From a virus (Duplodnaviria > Caudoviricetes), in the IMG/VR virus record IMGVR_UViG_3300032270_000543, positions 32,001 through 96,000 of that record: a stretch of 64,000 nt of DNA. One strand, written 5' to 3'. The notes under the pieces were generated by a model. That model was not told where the DNA came from. It saw nothing but the letters and a program-made list of their open reading frames with translations, and made no database searches. Shown here one piece after another: positions 1-10,702 of this stretch; position 1 is the first letter of the stretch, and every line of letters starts with the position of its first letter. The translations under genes were made by a program, and so were the position numbers.

Positions 1-1008
1 GGAGATTTCAGTACCACGCCCACCTTCGCGGCGCGGCATCCAGAAGTCTTCAAGCATGGACAGGTGCTTGCGCGAATCCGCAACCTCACCTGTCGCGGGA
101 TCGTACATGAGTTTGTTGCGGTACTTCTGCATGAGTCCGCGCACATACTCTTCAGCCTTCTGCTTGGGCAGGTTGCCGACATCCACATAGAATACGCGCC
201 GCTCGGGGGCGCGGGTGATGCGATAGATCACCACTGCGTCCTCAATCATGCGGAGTTGGTTCAAGGCTTTGATAGCCTTGTGCAGGTAGCCGATGATCTT
301 CTTCTTGTATGCGTCGTACAGCCCGCTGTGGACAAAGCAAATGGAGTCTGGCTGAATCTTCAGCCCTTCCATCGACAGGGCGGTGGAGTTCGGCTCGCTC
401 TCGTTGTACACATAGAATTCTTCAACCGAAGTCACTACCTGTGCGCCTTGTGCGCGATTCTGATCCAGTGGCTTCTTGTTGATGCGACGAATCTTACGCA
501 TCTTCACGGGATCAATAGGACGCAACTCCTTGATGCCCTTCTTCTTATTGGATTCGTCAACAATGATATGGTAATACAGACGGCTATCAATATACCATTT
601 CCGAAAAATCTCAAAACCTCTACGATTGAAGTTGAGCAGTTTCAGAACAGTTTCGAACTCCAATTCGATCTTATTCTTGATGTTCTGCGACACCTCGATA
701 TTGGCTGTGTCGATCTTTACGGTTGACAGTGTATCGTCATATACAATCGCTTCATTGCAAATATCCGAGATTGCCGACTCCACTTCGGGGTGGAGTGCCA
801 TGTCTCGGTACTTGCGAATCAGGTCGATGTCGGTCTTGATTGAACCATCGAAATCAACTATCTGACCAAAGTATCCACCAACCTCAATCGGAACCGCACC
901 GTCATCGTAGTCAGGTGGGACAAAGGAAAGAGACTTCTTGGGAGTTTCCTCCTTCGAAGTCTCCTTATCCTTTTTGGAGATAGAAAAGCCAAATAGGTTG
1001 ATAGCCAT
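1..1008 (-). CDS. gp20: Portal vertex protein (T4 gp20-like), runs off the window edge
   Basis: Manual translation from ATG at 1008: MAINLFGFSISKK...YFGQIVDFDGSIKTDIDLIRKYRDMALHPEVESAISDICNEAIV; near the edge the frame reads DFWMPRREGGRGTEIS, a gp20 motif. Follows gp19. Absent from the ORF track because there is no stop in the window. Confidence 0.95.
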   Translation of the reverse strand, partial: MAINLFGFSISKKDKETSKEETPKKSLSFVPPDYDDGAVPIEVGGYFGQIVDFDGSIKTDIDLIRKYRDMALHPEVESAISDICNEAIVYDDTLSTVKIDTANIEVSQNIKNKIELEFETVLKLLNFNRRGFEIFRKWYIDSRLYYHIIVDESNKKKGIKELRPIDPVKMRKIRRINKKPLDQNRAQGAQVVTSVEEFYVYNESEPNSTALSMEGLKIQPDSICFVHSGLYDAYKKKIIGYLHKAIKALNQLRMIEDAVVIYRITRAPERRVFYVDVGNLPKQKAEEYVRGLMQKYRNKLMYDPATGEVADSRKHLSMLEDFWMPRREGGRGTEIS

Positions 1009-1036
1009 GAATAAAGAATCCTGTCAAAAAGACTGA

Positions 1037-1624
1037 TTAGAACGAAACTGGGACGGGAGCCAATACGGGAGTGACTTCCGAGAACTTCGGAACAGTCGAT
1101 CCCTGAGCGGCTTCCCACCAAGAGTAGTTCAGCGTCACTGGGAATTCTGCAATCTGATCGTTGTTTTCATACGACAGATCAATCGCGCCGACTTCACTTG
1201 GGAAGCAGCCGATGAAACTATACGAACGGAGAGCCGAACCATCGCGGTTCAGTTGGGTAACCGTCCATGTCTTCATCAGGCTCATAAAGTTTGGCGTAGT
1301 GATGTTGCCGACATGAGAGTTGAACTGCGCGCTCCAGTATTCAAAAGCAGAACGCAGGCTGTATCCTGTGTCGGAAATCACCGTGATGCTCCAATCCTGG
1401 AACGAACGATCTCCAGGAATCTTGATGCGGCGACCGCGATACGGGATTTCGATGGTTCCGAGCGATGAGTTCGGGATCTGTGCAGCCTTGATAAGGAACT
1501 GCACATTGCGAGCATCACCGTTGTAACCAGGAATCTCGCCGCTGACGGCAAAAAGGTTGGTACGAACGCCACCACCAGCAAAAGCATTTACGAAACCTGA
1601 AATGTTATTAGTGTTGATTGGCAT
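1037..1624 (-). CDS. gp19: Tail tube protein
   Basis: GGGVRTNLF, IPYRGRRIKIPGDRSFQDWSITV, FPSEVGAIDLSYE motifs; downstream of the sheath gene. Confidence 0.95.
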   Translation of the reverse strand: MPINTNNISGFVNAFAGGGVRTNLFAVSGEIPGYNGDARNVQFLIKAAQIPNSSLGTIEIPYRGRRIKIPGDRSFQDWSITVISDTGYSLRSAFEYWSAQFNSHVGNITTPNFMSLMKTWTVTQLNRDGSALRSYSFIGCFPSEVGAIDLSYENNDQIAEFPVTLNYSWWEAAQGSTVPKFSEVTPVLAPVPVSF

Positions 1625-1660
1625 GGATTACTCCTTGTGTCTTCCTGTCCTATTTAGACA

Positions 1661-3757
1661 TTAGCCGCCAACTTCGGTGAAACTTACGCCAGTCTTTGTG
1701 GCAATAAAGTTCAGCGAGATAAAGTTGATGCTACGGGTGGGCTTGACGAAAATATCGGCTACAAACTCATTGCGGTCGATTACTTCGCCAGTATTGTTGC
1801 TTTCATCGCAGACCACCTTGAAATCGGTGATACCACGGCGAGCGGTTACCGTCTTGAGGAACGGAGTAACCAAGTTCACGAACTGTGCGCGAGTGAACGC
1901 ATCGTTCTGCTCGAACAGGAAGAACTTGGAAGCCGTTGCAATTGCCTTTTCAAGTACGATGAAGAGGCGACGGACATTGATGCGGTCAAAAGCAGACGGC
2001 TTGGTCTGTGCAGTCTTGTCTCCGTAGAGGATGACTCCCTGACCAGGGAACGACACGACTGGATTCACCTGACGGCTGTAAAGTTCGTCGCGGTGAGCCT
2101 CTTGTGTGGCGTTGTAGGGCAGTTTGACCACATTCTTGATCTGACCACGGTTGAAACCAGCGGGGCTGAACCACGCTTCGTTGGTGAACTCTGTACGAGC
2201 CACCAGACCAGCGATGTCGGGGTTCAGGGGCATGACACGAACAATGTTGTTGTAGGTGTCAAGTTGCTGCTTCCATCCGCTGTCGATGACTGCGTAAGAC
2301 GAATTGATGTTGAGTGTGCTGTCGCGGAAAGTCTTGATGCTGTTCAAGGCTTCATACGGCAACTTATTGACAACATCGGTCTGCGCTGGCGAGATGAACG
2401 CCATGCAGTCCAAACGCTTCTCGCAGAGATTCTGAACAATCAGTTTGGTCAGAGTAGCGGAAGCATTGCCTGTTGGAAGCAGAGACACATCGTATGCGTC
2501 TGCATCGGCAAACTTGCTCCAACCATTGCTCCAACGCACCGAATCATCAGCAAGAGCGTCAGCAGAACCAGTGAGTCCAAGCGAGTTTACACCAAAACCA
2601 ACAGTGCTTGCTGCGGACAGTGGCGAACCAACCGAGGTCCAGTTGGTCTTGTCCGATGTAAAGGCTGTGTCAGCCTGAACATCCTGCGACAGTGCCCACA
2701 CATAGGTTGACTGATCGTTGATCACTGTGCGATAGTAGTTGCTGCTGCCATCGAACTTGCGAGCATCCGAAGCGCGCGACAGTGCCTCAAACTTCTCAAT
2801 CAGACCGTTTGCGGTGCCAGTCCACTTGCCGTCCTTGTCAAGAACAAGGACATTGATATTGTCACCACTTCCACCCTTGCTGTCAGCGTAGGCAGTTGTT
2901 GTGGCTGTGTTGCTGACATACTTGGCGTAAACGCTCTTGATGTTGAAGGTGTTTCCTGCCGCCTGTGCCTTGGGCAGCGGAGAAGACAGATTCAGACGGA
3001 AAGCAGCATAGGTTGTACCCCATGAAGCGGAAGCAGCGTTCCAACCAGTTGTAACACCGATGATATCAGAATATGTGCCTGTGGTGGCAGTTCCGAACGA
3101 AGCGTTGTAAGCAGCAGTTGTGCCTGGAACAGTGCCACTAGCCAACTGCACGCTGGCAACACTTGCCTGTGTTCCGTCTGTGAAGACAACATCATCTCCC
3201 ACAGCGAAGTATCCAGCAGCACCCGAGGTGCCTGCGTACATATCAATGAAGGTGGCTCCGAGAGAAGCAGCAACCGCCAACGAAGCACCAGTAATTCCTG
3301 TGCCGTTGGTGATTACAACCTTGATGCTGTTACCAAGATCGCCAGGATACTTGGAAGCAAACAGAACACCGTTGGTGGCAGGAGTCGATCCAAGCACGCC
3401 TGCGCTTGCGCCGAAATCGGTTTCGTTGTTGATGATGAGATTCAGACCGTTGGTGGCGGTAGTTCCGCTCTTGATAGCGTGGCTGTTGTATGCCGTGGCA
3501 CCAACAACGCGAACAACTTGCATATTGTTGCCGTAGGCAAGGAAGTTGCCAACAGAGAAGAAGTCCACATAGTTGTCGTTCTCTGGAGTTCCGAAGATTT
3601 TAGCCAGTTCGTTCTGGCTGGTGACGGTCACTACCTCGTTCACTGGTCCCCAGTGGAAGTAGCCTGCGTAACCACCAGGTGTGGTGGCAACCGCAGGAAC
3701 GATTGTGGTCAGGTCGATTTCTTTGATGCTTACGCCAGGGCTTACTCTAAATGCCAT
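1661..3757 (-). CDS. gp18: Tail sheath protein
   Basis: N-term SPGVSIKEIDLT; WFSPAGFNRG, FDRINVRRLF, KPTRSINFISLNF. Confidence 0.97.
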   Translation of the reverse strand: MAFRVSPGVSIKEIDLTTIVPAVATTPGGYAGYFHWGPVNEVVTVTSQNELAKIFGTPENDNYVDFFSVGNFLAYGNNMQVVRVVGATAYNSHAIKSGTTATNGLNLIINNETDFGASAGVLGSTPATNGVLFASKYPGDLGNSIKVVITNGTGITGASLAVAASLGATFIDMYAGTSGAAGYFAVGDDVVFTDGTQASVASVQLASGTVPGTTAAYNASFGTATTGTYSDIIGVTTGWNAASASWGTTYAAFRLNLSSPLPKAQAAGNTFNIKSVYAKYVSNTATTTAYADSKGGSGDNINVLVLDKDGKWTGTANGLIEKFEALSRASDARKFDGSSNYYRTVINDQSTYVWALSQDVQADTAFTSDKTNWTSVGSPLSAASTVGFGVNSLGLTGSADALADDSVRWSNGWSKFADADAYDVSLLPTGNASATLTKLIVQNLCEKRLDCMAFISPAQTDVVNKLPYEALNSIKTFRDSTLNINSSYAVIDSGWKQQLDTYNNIVRVMPLNPDIAGLVARTEFTNEAWFSPAGFNRGQIKNVVKLPYNATQEAHRDELYSRQVNPVVSFPGQGVILYGDKTAQTKPSAFDRINVRRLFIVLEKAIATASKFFLFEQNDAFTRAQFVNLVTPFLKTVTARRGITDFKVVCDESNNTGEVIDRNEFVADIFVKPTRSINFISLNFIATKTGVSFTEVGG

Positions 3758-3836
3758 TTTGGGTTCTCCTTCGTGAAGAAGTCAATTTTGACTGCGCTTC
3801 TGCTTGTATGTATTATTTAGAAGATTCACGAATGGG

Positions 3837-5507
3837 TTAGAAACTCCACCCCATATCTAGGTTTTCTTGCTGTCCCATTTTCCATGCGGTGCCGTTTCCG
3901 TCAACAATATGCGTTTCGGATGAACCGTCATCCACAAAGCCAAACGGGGTCATTTCCTCTTCCAAAACCTTCATTTGATCCTCGTATAGATCCTTGCGGA
4001 TGTCGCTGCCAGTGATCTGTTTGAAATATGCCTGTGTAGTTAGCCATCCAAACAGCACCAGCGTCATCACCAAGTCATCGTGATGGTTTTCTTCAGCCTC
4101 GAACGAGTCGCCCTTTGCAACAAAGGAGCAGAACTCGTCTACGGTATTAAAGTCCTCAACAATTAGTTTGGTGTCTTCAATCAGATTTTTCAGAATGGAG
4201 CAGCCAATCCTCTTTACTGCCGTGGAGGTTTTTACGCCCTTCATGGACGAACCTTTTCCTCCAAAGCCTCCGTTCACCACCTGACCCTTACGACCCTGCA
4301 TTGACACATAGATCACATTGTCGTACTCCAATTCATCGTGCAGGATGTCTGCAACCTGACCGCCAATATCGTTCACCTCAATAAGGCAGTACGAATTGTT
4401 GTACTGCCGCAGTATGGGATAGATGGCATTGGGGTACAACATGGGCGGCATTTCATTATTTCGAAATGTAGCCACAACTTTGTACGGCATGGACGACACA
4501 TCAATCACCGAATACGCATGGTAGTCGAGTCCCTGTCCCCGCGCCGTGTCCACCACCGTGATGTATTTGTGGTTGGGAACGGGTTTGTGATACACCCGCA
4601 ATCCCTCACCATTCCAATATTCAGGAGTCTTATACACCAAACACTTGAGTTTTTCAGGATGCACAAGGGTGTGCATGGAGCCAAGAAACTCGCACTCAAA
4701 CTCAGTGCGGAACTGCTCTTCGCTAGTGTTTGCAATGGTCTGCTTTTTCCACTTTTCATCACGACCAGGCACATCGCTCCAATGCACCTCCATTGGTACA
4801 TAGTCATTTTTGCCTTCTTCACCAGGCTTCTTGTTGGCATTCACCCAGAAGCGGTAGAACATATTCAAGCCCTTGGGGGTCGAAATGATCGTGACCTTCG
4901 TGCTTTGACCGCTGGTGATGGTTGGATACACGGACGAGAAAAACTCTTCCGCAACATTCTGCGGAACATACGCAAACTCGTCAAGGAAGATGTAGTTGAA
5001 CGATCCACCACGCACAGCAGACGAAGATGTGGCAGACGCAAGAATCTTGGAGCCGTTCTCCAGTACGATTGATCCCTTGTTCCACTCCACCACGCCCTGC
5101 TGCAACCACATGGGCAGATACTCGTAGGCTAACTGCAAACGCCCAAGCAGTTCGCGGGCTGTGGTCAACTTGTTCGCAAGAATCGCAACACTCATGCTCT
5201 GATTGAACAGAACATAGTGGAGAAGATACGCGATGATCGTGGTGGATTTACCTGTCTGACGGGGCAGTTTGCCGATCACGAAACGGTTTTCGTGAATGGT
5301 GCGGATCATGTTCTCCTGATAGTCATACGGCTCAAACGGCACCAAGCCCTTGTCAAGCGACACGATCTTCACATAGTTCTTGATGAAGTACAGGGGATCT
5401 TGTGAGCATTTCACATATTCCTCAATCTGCTCGGGAGAGAAGTTGACATTCACCCCCGCTGCCTTGAGGTTGGAGTTTCCCAAATATTTGGTGCTGCGAT
5501 TACTCAT
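3837..5507 (-). CDS. gp17: Terminase large subunit
   Basis: Walker A PRQTGKST, Walker B IFLDEFA, nuclease motifs VDTARG and HDDLVM. Confidence 0.97.
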   Translation of the reverse strand: MSNRSTKYLGNSNLKAAGVNVNFSPEQIEEYVKCSQDPLYFIKNYVKIVSLDKGLVPFEPYDYQENMIRTIHENRFVIGKLPRQTGKSTTIIAYLLHYVLFNQSMSVAILANKLTTARELLGRLQLAYEYLPMWLQQGVVEWNKGSIVLENGSKILASATSSSAVRGGSFNYIFLDEFAYVPQNVAEEFFSSVYPTITSGQSTKVTIISTPKGLNMFYRFWVNANKKPGEEGKNDYVPMEVHWSDVPGRDEKWKKQTIANTSEEQFRTEFECEFLGSMHTLVHPEKLKCLVYKTPEYWNGEGLRVYHKPVPNHKYITVVDTARGQGLDYHAYSVIDVSSMPYKVVATFRNNEMPPMLYPNAIYPILRQYNNSYCLIEVNDIGGQVADILHDELEYDNVIYVSMQGRKGQVVNGGFGGKGSSMKGVKTSTAVKRIGCSILKNLIEDTKLIVEDFNTVDEFCSFVAKGDSFEAEENHHDDLVMTLVLFGWLTTQAYFKQITGSDIRKDLYEDQMKVLEEEMTPFGFVDDGSSETHIVDGNGTAWKMGQQENLDMGWSF

Positions 5508-6006
5508 TGGTCTTGTCGTCTTCTATGATCTGCCGCACATCGGGGCGATTATCGAACGCCTTTGTGGACGAACGCGCAGAGTTGATTATGTCCTGTAGTT
5601 CCTTGGTGGAACCCACATAGATGGACTGATTGGTAGTGCTGTTGTTAGTCACGCTCTGATCCACCTTGCGGATGGTCTTCACGCGGTTGTGCAGATCCAT
5701 GAGTTCCCGATTGGTTTCGGAAAGCGTCTTGATCATTTGGGCTACAACCTCATAAGCCCGTGGCGAGTCGCCCTCCTGCGCCACCTGAATCACGCCGTCA
5801 AGCGCGTTCTTGCCCATGTCAACTAGTTCCTTCAGATTGTCGCGCACCAGTTGATAGTCTGTCTTGAGGTCTTTCTCAAGCCGTTCATCCGTCAATGGGA
5901 CGGGATCAACCTTGGCAACGATTGCGTTCTGCGGAACACCTTCACCACTCAAGGGCTGGCTTGGCTGTACGCCAAGTGCCTTTTCAATATTGTCAAATCC
6001 ACTCAT
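5500..6006 (-). CDS. gp16: Terminase small subunit
   Basis: DY..R.NL, PRAYEV, NQSIYVGSTKELQ; overlaps the gp17 start. Confidence 0.9.
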   Translation of the reverse strand: MSGFDNIEKALGVQPSQPLSGEGVPQNAIVAKVDPVPLTDERLEKDLKTDYQLVRDNLKELVDMGKNALDGVIQVAQEGDSPRAYEVVAQMIKTLSETNRELMDLHNRVKTIRKVDQSVTNNSTTNQSIYVGSTKELQDIINSARSSTKAFDNRPDVRQIIEDDKTNE

Positions 6007-6016
6007 AGTCTACCTC

Positions 6017-6889
6017 TCAAAGATTCCAATCAACAGTGATGCCTCCAGATGCCATTCCTGATGCGTATGTGCTTCCGCCTGCTGGCTTGTCGTTCTGATA
6101 CACCTTGGCATACGGCTCGTAATTGTTCATGTTGGAGTTGGCACCGCTCGGACCACTGATGCCGTCCGTGATCAACACATAGTTTGGAGTATCAGTGGTA
6201 TTTCCTGGCTGATACGAAATTCCACCGAGGAAGTTGTCTCCAAACACATCGTAGTTCCACAGTCCTGCCTGCATGACACGAATTTCTTTGTAGTTCTTGG
6301 TGGGACCAAACAAGTAGGTCTTCATCGTGAAGTTCAAAGTAAAGATGATGCTTCGTCTAGTTGTGAAGTCGCCTTCGTAGTCTTCTTCCGTTGAAACGGA
6401 GTTCAAGTAGATAGGAACATCAACCTTGGTGTTAATGGAATCAAAGTTCACCGTGACAACAAACTCAGGAGAAAAGTATGGAAGAATCTGCTCAACAATA
6501 CGCAATCCATCATCCATGTTACGAACATAGATGTATAGTCCAAAGTCAATGTTGTATGGAACTTCGGCGTAAGTGTAATCCACCTTGGATGGATTTGATG
6601 TTGTGGGGCGAACAACATGACGAGCAAGCGAGTTTCTTTTTCTTGACGGATCGTAATTGTATCCCGTGATCTCAAAAGCCATGCGAGGTAACACGATCTG
6701 ATTGGGATTGTTCAGATATGGATCGCCTGCAAGACGCACCTTGTATTTTTCTTTAGGGGAATATGCAAGGGGAACAAGAAACTGCTTTGTGCCATCGCTT
6801 TCGATCTTGTCAATGTATAGCGAGTTGAACAGCGATCCGAACGCTACAACCATCTTGCGAATTGTGCCATTGTAGAAGTTCGTGAACAT
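6017..6889 (-). CDS. gp15: Tail sheath stabiliser/terminator
   Basis: IRKMVVAFGSLFN, VPLAYSPKEK, LPRMAFE, IVEQILPYF. Confidence 0.93.
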   Translation of the reverse strand: MFTNFYNGTIRKMVVAFGSLFNSLYIDKIESDGTKQFLVPLAYSPKEKYKVRLAGDPYLNNPNQIVLPRMAFEITGYNYDPSRKRNSLARHVVRPTTSNPSKVDYTYAEVPYNIDFGLYIYVRNMDDGLRIVEQILPYFSPEFVVTVNFDSINTKVDVPIYLNSVSTEEDYEGDFTTRRSIIFTLNFTMKTYLFGPTKNYKEIRVMQAGLWNYDVFGDNFLGGISYQPGNTTDTPNYVLITDGISGPSGANSNMNNYEPYAKVYQNDKPAGGSTYASGMASGGITVDWNL

Positions 6890-7773
6890 CAGTAGTTGCC
6901 TTCCGAGAACGGATCCTTCTCCGTGAAGTCGAAGATGTTGTCGCGGTTTGTCTCAAGATCAATCTGTCCGTTGTCCTGCTGATCTTCGTGGTCGATGCGC
7001 GTGTCTGTGTCTGCGATTGAGCCAACAGTATATGAAGCACCGCTGACAACTCCAATAAGAAGATCGCCAATTTGGAACTTGCCTTCCTGCATATTGACAT
7101 TGACAACCTTCGAACCAACGATAGGAGTCACGAAACTCACCACCGTGGCGTAAGCCTTCTTTTGATCCACGGGACCAGTGTAAATCTGTTCGCCTGCCGC
7201 GAAAGTTCCATTTCCGCTCGACAAGGTGATCCCCTGCATATACGAGGAGTAAGTGGACACGATTGTGTCCATCTCTGTCTCGCCTGTGTTGAACTTCTCG
7301 CTGCTGGACTTGAATGCTTCACAGTCCAACTTGAACGAATAGCGGTCGCCGCCTGGATAGAAAGGATTGTCGTGTTTGACGAACTTGATCTCAAACAGAT
7401 TGTATGGATAGTCAAAGAAGATCAGGTCGCCTTCACGGGGACGCTGAACTCTGCGAATATCGGGATGATGCCCCATGACTTCCATGAATCGCTTTCGGGA
7501 AACAATGAAAGTGGCACTGTCGCGGATGTCAAGACCAAAACGACTCATCTCTGATTCGCCCTGATAACCCTCGGCATCCTCAAGATACATTTCGATGCGG
7601 TTAGCATCGTAGAACTCCGACACCTCTTCACCCAGAATCTTGTCGTTCTGTACCGTTTCTCGCGGAATGTAGATCATCTCATGCCCGTGGATCTTGATCG
7701 CCTCGGTCGTGAGTGATTCAAGGAGATTCTGCTCTCCCTTTACATTCCTGCGAAAATACGGATTGATGGTCAT
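6889..7773 (-). CDS. gp14: Neck protein
   Basis: EAIKIHGHEMIYIPRE, RPREGDLIF, DFTEKDPF. Confidence 0.93.
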   Translation of the reverse strand: MTINPYFRRNVKGEQNLLESLTTEAIKIHGHEMIYIPRETVQNDKILGEEVSEFYDANRIEMYLEDAEGYQGESEMSRFGLDIRDSATFIVSRKRFMEVMGHHPDIRRVQRPREGDLIFFDYPYNLFEIKFVKHDNPFYPGGDRYSFKLDCEAFKSSSEKFNTGETEMDTIVSTYSSYMQGITLSSGNGTFAAGEQIYTGPVDQKKAYATVVSFVTPIVGSKVVNVNMQEGKFQIGDLLIGVVSGASYTVGSIADTDTRIDHEDQQDNGQIDLETNRDNIFDFTEKDPFSEGNY

Positions 7774-7775
7774 GT

Positions 7776-8540
7776 TTATCCTGTGATGAAGTCAGGTGGT
7801 TCCTGATAGGTGGTCAATACTTGTTCTTCAATCTTAGCAATCTCTTCTAGGGCTTCCTGATAGATACGCTGACCATTGAAGGTGATGTTTCCTGGCAGCG
7901 GGATGCCCTCGTACTTCGACAGGTTCGCACCCCACTGCCTTTTGATTAGAGCCGTTGTATATTTCTTCAGCATGGGGTCTTCGTAGACCTTGCTGAATGT
8001 ATCAGGATCAAGTCCCGTGTACGCTTCAATCAACAAGTACTGACCGACTACAAAGTCTCCCCAGTTCATGTGAATGGTAAGGCGATCCTTGTAACGGCTG
8101 TAGGTGACTTGTTTTTCGGGATCAAGCAGTTGCTGCAACATCTCAATGTACTGCATGGTAGACACGAAGAAATTCAAGTTCATCTGTCCTGTACGCAGAC
8201 CGTAGAAGTCATTGAGTGCCATCTGGTAGCGCACATTGAACACATTGTTGATCTGTAGATTGAAGCCTACCTGAAACACACGGCTAACGGAAATGACTTC
8301 ACCGTTTTCGGGATCAAGGTTTGCCGTGCTGATGTAGCCGTTGGCTTGATCCTGTGTGGTGACCTGGTACTTGTAGTACTTCTTTTCGGTGGCAAAGGAG
8401 TTCCAGTCAAGGAAATAGCGCAACGCCTCGTCAATACGATCCTCAACCTGTGAATCGTCAACATTGATTTCGATTACAGGTGCGCCCAAAGCGCGGAGGC
8501 AATAGTCTTTGAGTTCTTGTCGTGTCCGAGGATGCGCCAT
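7776..8540 (-). CDS. gp13: Neck protein
   Basis: YCLRALGAPVIEINVDDSQVEDRIDEAL; KRQWGANLSKY. Confidence 0.95.
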   Translation of the reverse strand: MAHPRTRQELKDYCLRALGAPVIEINVDDSQVEDRIDEALRYFLDWNSFATEKKYYKYQVTTQDQANGYISTANLDPENGEVISVSRVFQVGFNLQINNVFNVRYQMALNDFYGLRTGQMNLNFFVSTMQYIEMLQQLLDPEKQVTYSRYKDRLTIHMNWGDFVVGQYLLIEAYTGLDPDTFSKVYEDPMLKKYTTALIKRQWGANLSKYEGIPLPGNITFNGQRIYQEALEEIAKIEEQVLTTYQEPPDFITG

Positions 8541-8561
8541 TCCGTTCTCCTTTTCAAGTAT

Positions 8562-8843
8562 TTAGGAGACTTGCGTGCCTTCGGTTTCCCGTTCTAAACG
8601 CTTAACAAGACGGGCAAGTTCATCCTCACGGAGACAAATCTTGTCGCAATACGGATCATCAAGTGGAAGGTACACCGTGTTCCGCCCGTCCGTGATGTAG
8701 TGTCTTACTCCCTTTTCATACACACGGATCGGAAAGTCATATGACACGGAGTACCGAGGTTCTAGTTTCAAAAAATCACAAAACCTGTACTCGTTGTTGT
8801 TGATCCGTATCGTGTCGTTGCGTCCATGATGAATAAGTTTCAC
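8562..8843 (-). CDS. Hypothetical protein
   Basis: Compact ORF filling the gap between the fibre genes and gp13. Confidence 0.6.
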   Translation of the reverse strand: MKLIHHGRNDTIRINNNEYRFCDFLKLEPRYSVSYDFPIRVYEKGVRHYITDGRNTVYLPLDDPYCDKICLREDELARLVKRLERETEGTQVS

Positions 8844-8845
8844 GA

Positions 8846-10687
8846 TTAAACCTCATCAATTCCTATGATGCCCTTAATGTCGATGACAGCCTGAGTTTCA
8901 GGAGTATTTGTCTTCTTTGTTGCTCTGGCTTTTCCACTCAAGTACAGCATTCCACTTGAATCCACACGAGGAGCAAGTTTCTGTATCACACCAGAATCAG
9001 AAATTCCGTTTAGAGACAGCAAATTTGTTGCGTTAGTTACCCCTGCAATTGCATTTCTATATGTGGTTCCCGCCGCAAAAGCATTTGCCTGATAGTTAAC
9101 AATGTCTCCGTACAGATTTTTGATTCCACCTGTAGAGAAGGTGTACATATTACCTTCGAAATCGGACAGGTAGTATGTTCCCGTGCTTCCAACAATAGTG
9201 ATGTTGTCGTACAGGCTGCGTACCATTGAAACATTTGCCGCAACAGGCATGAAACTAAATGTTCTGCCAGAGAACGATCCCGCAGTTCCACGAAGCAGCA
9301 GCGGGAAATCTCCAACCGAACCGCAAGTTCCGCGCATAGCCGTGGAACCAAACAGGTAAGTAATGGTGTGGTCTACGAGCGATCCCTTCACTTTTTGCAA
9401 ATCAGCAAGAACATATCCTGATGTGACTCCCGAAATCACCATGCACGCGCCACTGTTGTATCCAAACAAATACCCCGAATTAGAGGCAGAACTAGAGCCA
9501 GTGTGTCCGCCGTTCAAACCAGTGAACAAGGTTGTGCCGTGGTTTGATGTGTTTTCACGATTCACATTTGCAACACCAATCTTTCCGCCAAGAGTATCGG
9601 TGAATGTCACAGTGGAAATCACACGCTTAGTGCTTGCACAGGGAAACAGACTGCTGCCAACAGGACCATTCATGGTCAGCGCATATACCGTATAATCGCC
9701 TGCGAATTGAGCCGCTGCATCTGTGGGTGCTGTCAAACCGTGATTGAACTCACGCAAAGCAGTAGTTACACCTCCCATGCTGACCATTATGTGTTCAACC
9801 CAACCCTTGAATGGGCGGTCGCCTGAAGCACCGCTACCGAGCATGAAATATCCAGTGCTGTTCTTGAGATATCCCGTGATTCCTGTGGTTTGGGCGTAAC
9901 GATTGCCGTTCCAATACGATGAAACACACGCCGAACCACCCTGATTGGAATACGCAATCGCAAATTGGTGCCACTGATTCAGGGTAACTCCGTTTGCAGG
10001 AGACACATTTGTGATGGCTTGATAGCCAGCACTGCCGTAGTTTGTGGTGGCAAAGTGGAACTGCAACTGCTTATTGCTTGTATCATATTCCAAACGGAAC
10101 GAATCATTTGTGTTATCCGTTTTTCCATTGCTGCTACGAGTCACGATGATGGGATCGTATGCGCCACTTGGCTCCGCTTCAAGATACACGAAACCAGACA
10201 ACATGAAGTACGGAACCGTTGTGGTAGTGAAAGACGGCAACTGCAATCCTGCTGCCTTGGTGTCCGTGTCGAGATACGAACCCATGAACTGAATGGAACG
10301 ATTTCCAAGTTCTGGTCCGCTTATACCGATGGTTCCAACTGTTGGATTGTAATCAGTAGCCGTGACACCAGACAGGGTAAGATTGTTCACAATAACGGGA
10401 ATGTACTGTCCTTGGAAGACAGTTTCATCCACTTGGAAGTTGCCGTAAATTGTTCCAAATAGGATTTGTTCCGTGGCAGGACTCACCAAAATTTGACTAT
10501 TGTAGGTGCTGCCATCAGGATTGCGTAGAGTCTTTGTGGAAGAAACCGATGGCAGATCAGCAGCCACAACGAAAGGAATCTCATTGGGAGAAAACGATGC
10601 TGTCATAAAGTTGGAGTAATCGTATCCGTTTACTTCGCGGATTACTTCACCAGTCTTGCGATTTGTAACTATGAGTTTCTTGTTCAT
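8846..10687 (-). CDS. Virion/fibre protein with LamG-like (concanavalin A-like) domain
   Basis: TLNQWHQFAIAY...YWNGNR...FKGWVEHIMV LamG-like pattern; in the fibre cluster. Confidence 0.7.
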   Translation of the reverse strand: MNKKLIVTNRKTGEVIREVNGYDYSNFMTASFSPNEIPFVVAADLPSVSSTKTLRNPDGSTYNSQILVSPATEQILFGTIYGNFQVDETVFQGQYIPVIVNNLTLSGVTATDYNPTVGTIGISGPELGNRSIQFMGSYLDTDTKAAGLQLPSFTTTTVPYFMLSGFVYLEAEPSGAYDPIIVTRSSNGKTDNTNDSFRLEYDTSNKQLQFHFATTNYGSAGYQAITNVSPANGVTLNQWHQFAIAYSNQGGSACVSSYWNGNRYAQTTGITGYLKNSTGYFMLGSGASGDRPFKGWVEHIMVSMGGVTTALREFNHGLTAPTDAAAQFAGDYTVYALTMNGPVGSSLFPCASTKRVISTVTFTDTLGGKIGVANVNRENTSNHGTTLFTGLNGGHTGSSSASNSGYLFGYNSGACMVISGVTSGYVLADLQKVKGSLVDHTITYLFGSTAMRGTCGSVGDFPLLLRGTAGSFSGRTFSFMPVAANVSMVRSLYDNITIVGSTGTYYLSDFEGNMYTFSTGGIKNLYGDIVNYQANAFAAGTTYRNAIAGVTNATNLLSLNGISDSGVIQKLAPRVDSSGMLYLSGKARATKKTNTPETQAVIDIKGIIGIDEV

Positions 10688-10702
10688 GGATAGCCTGTTT
10701 CT

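Noticed and set aside
64-1121. ORF-track entries 64..726 (+), 626..865 (+) and 858..1121 (-)
   Set aside because: These are shadows of the gp20 portal gene, which occupies 1-1008 on the minus strand.
3837-5507. Intron or intein in the terminase or other core genes
   Set aside because: The lengths look normal and no splicing or homing-endonuclease motifs were seen.
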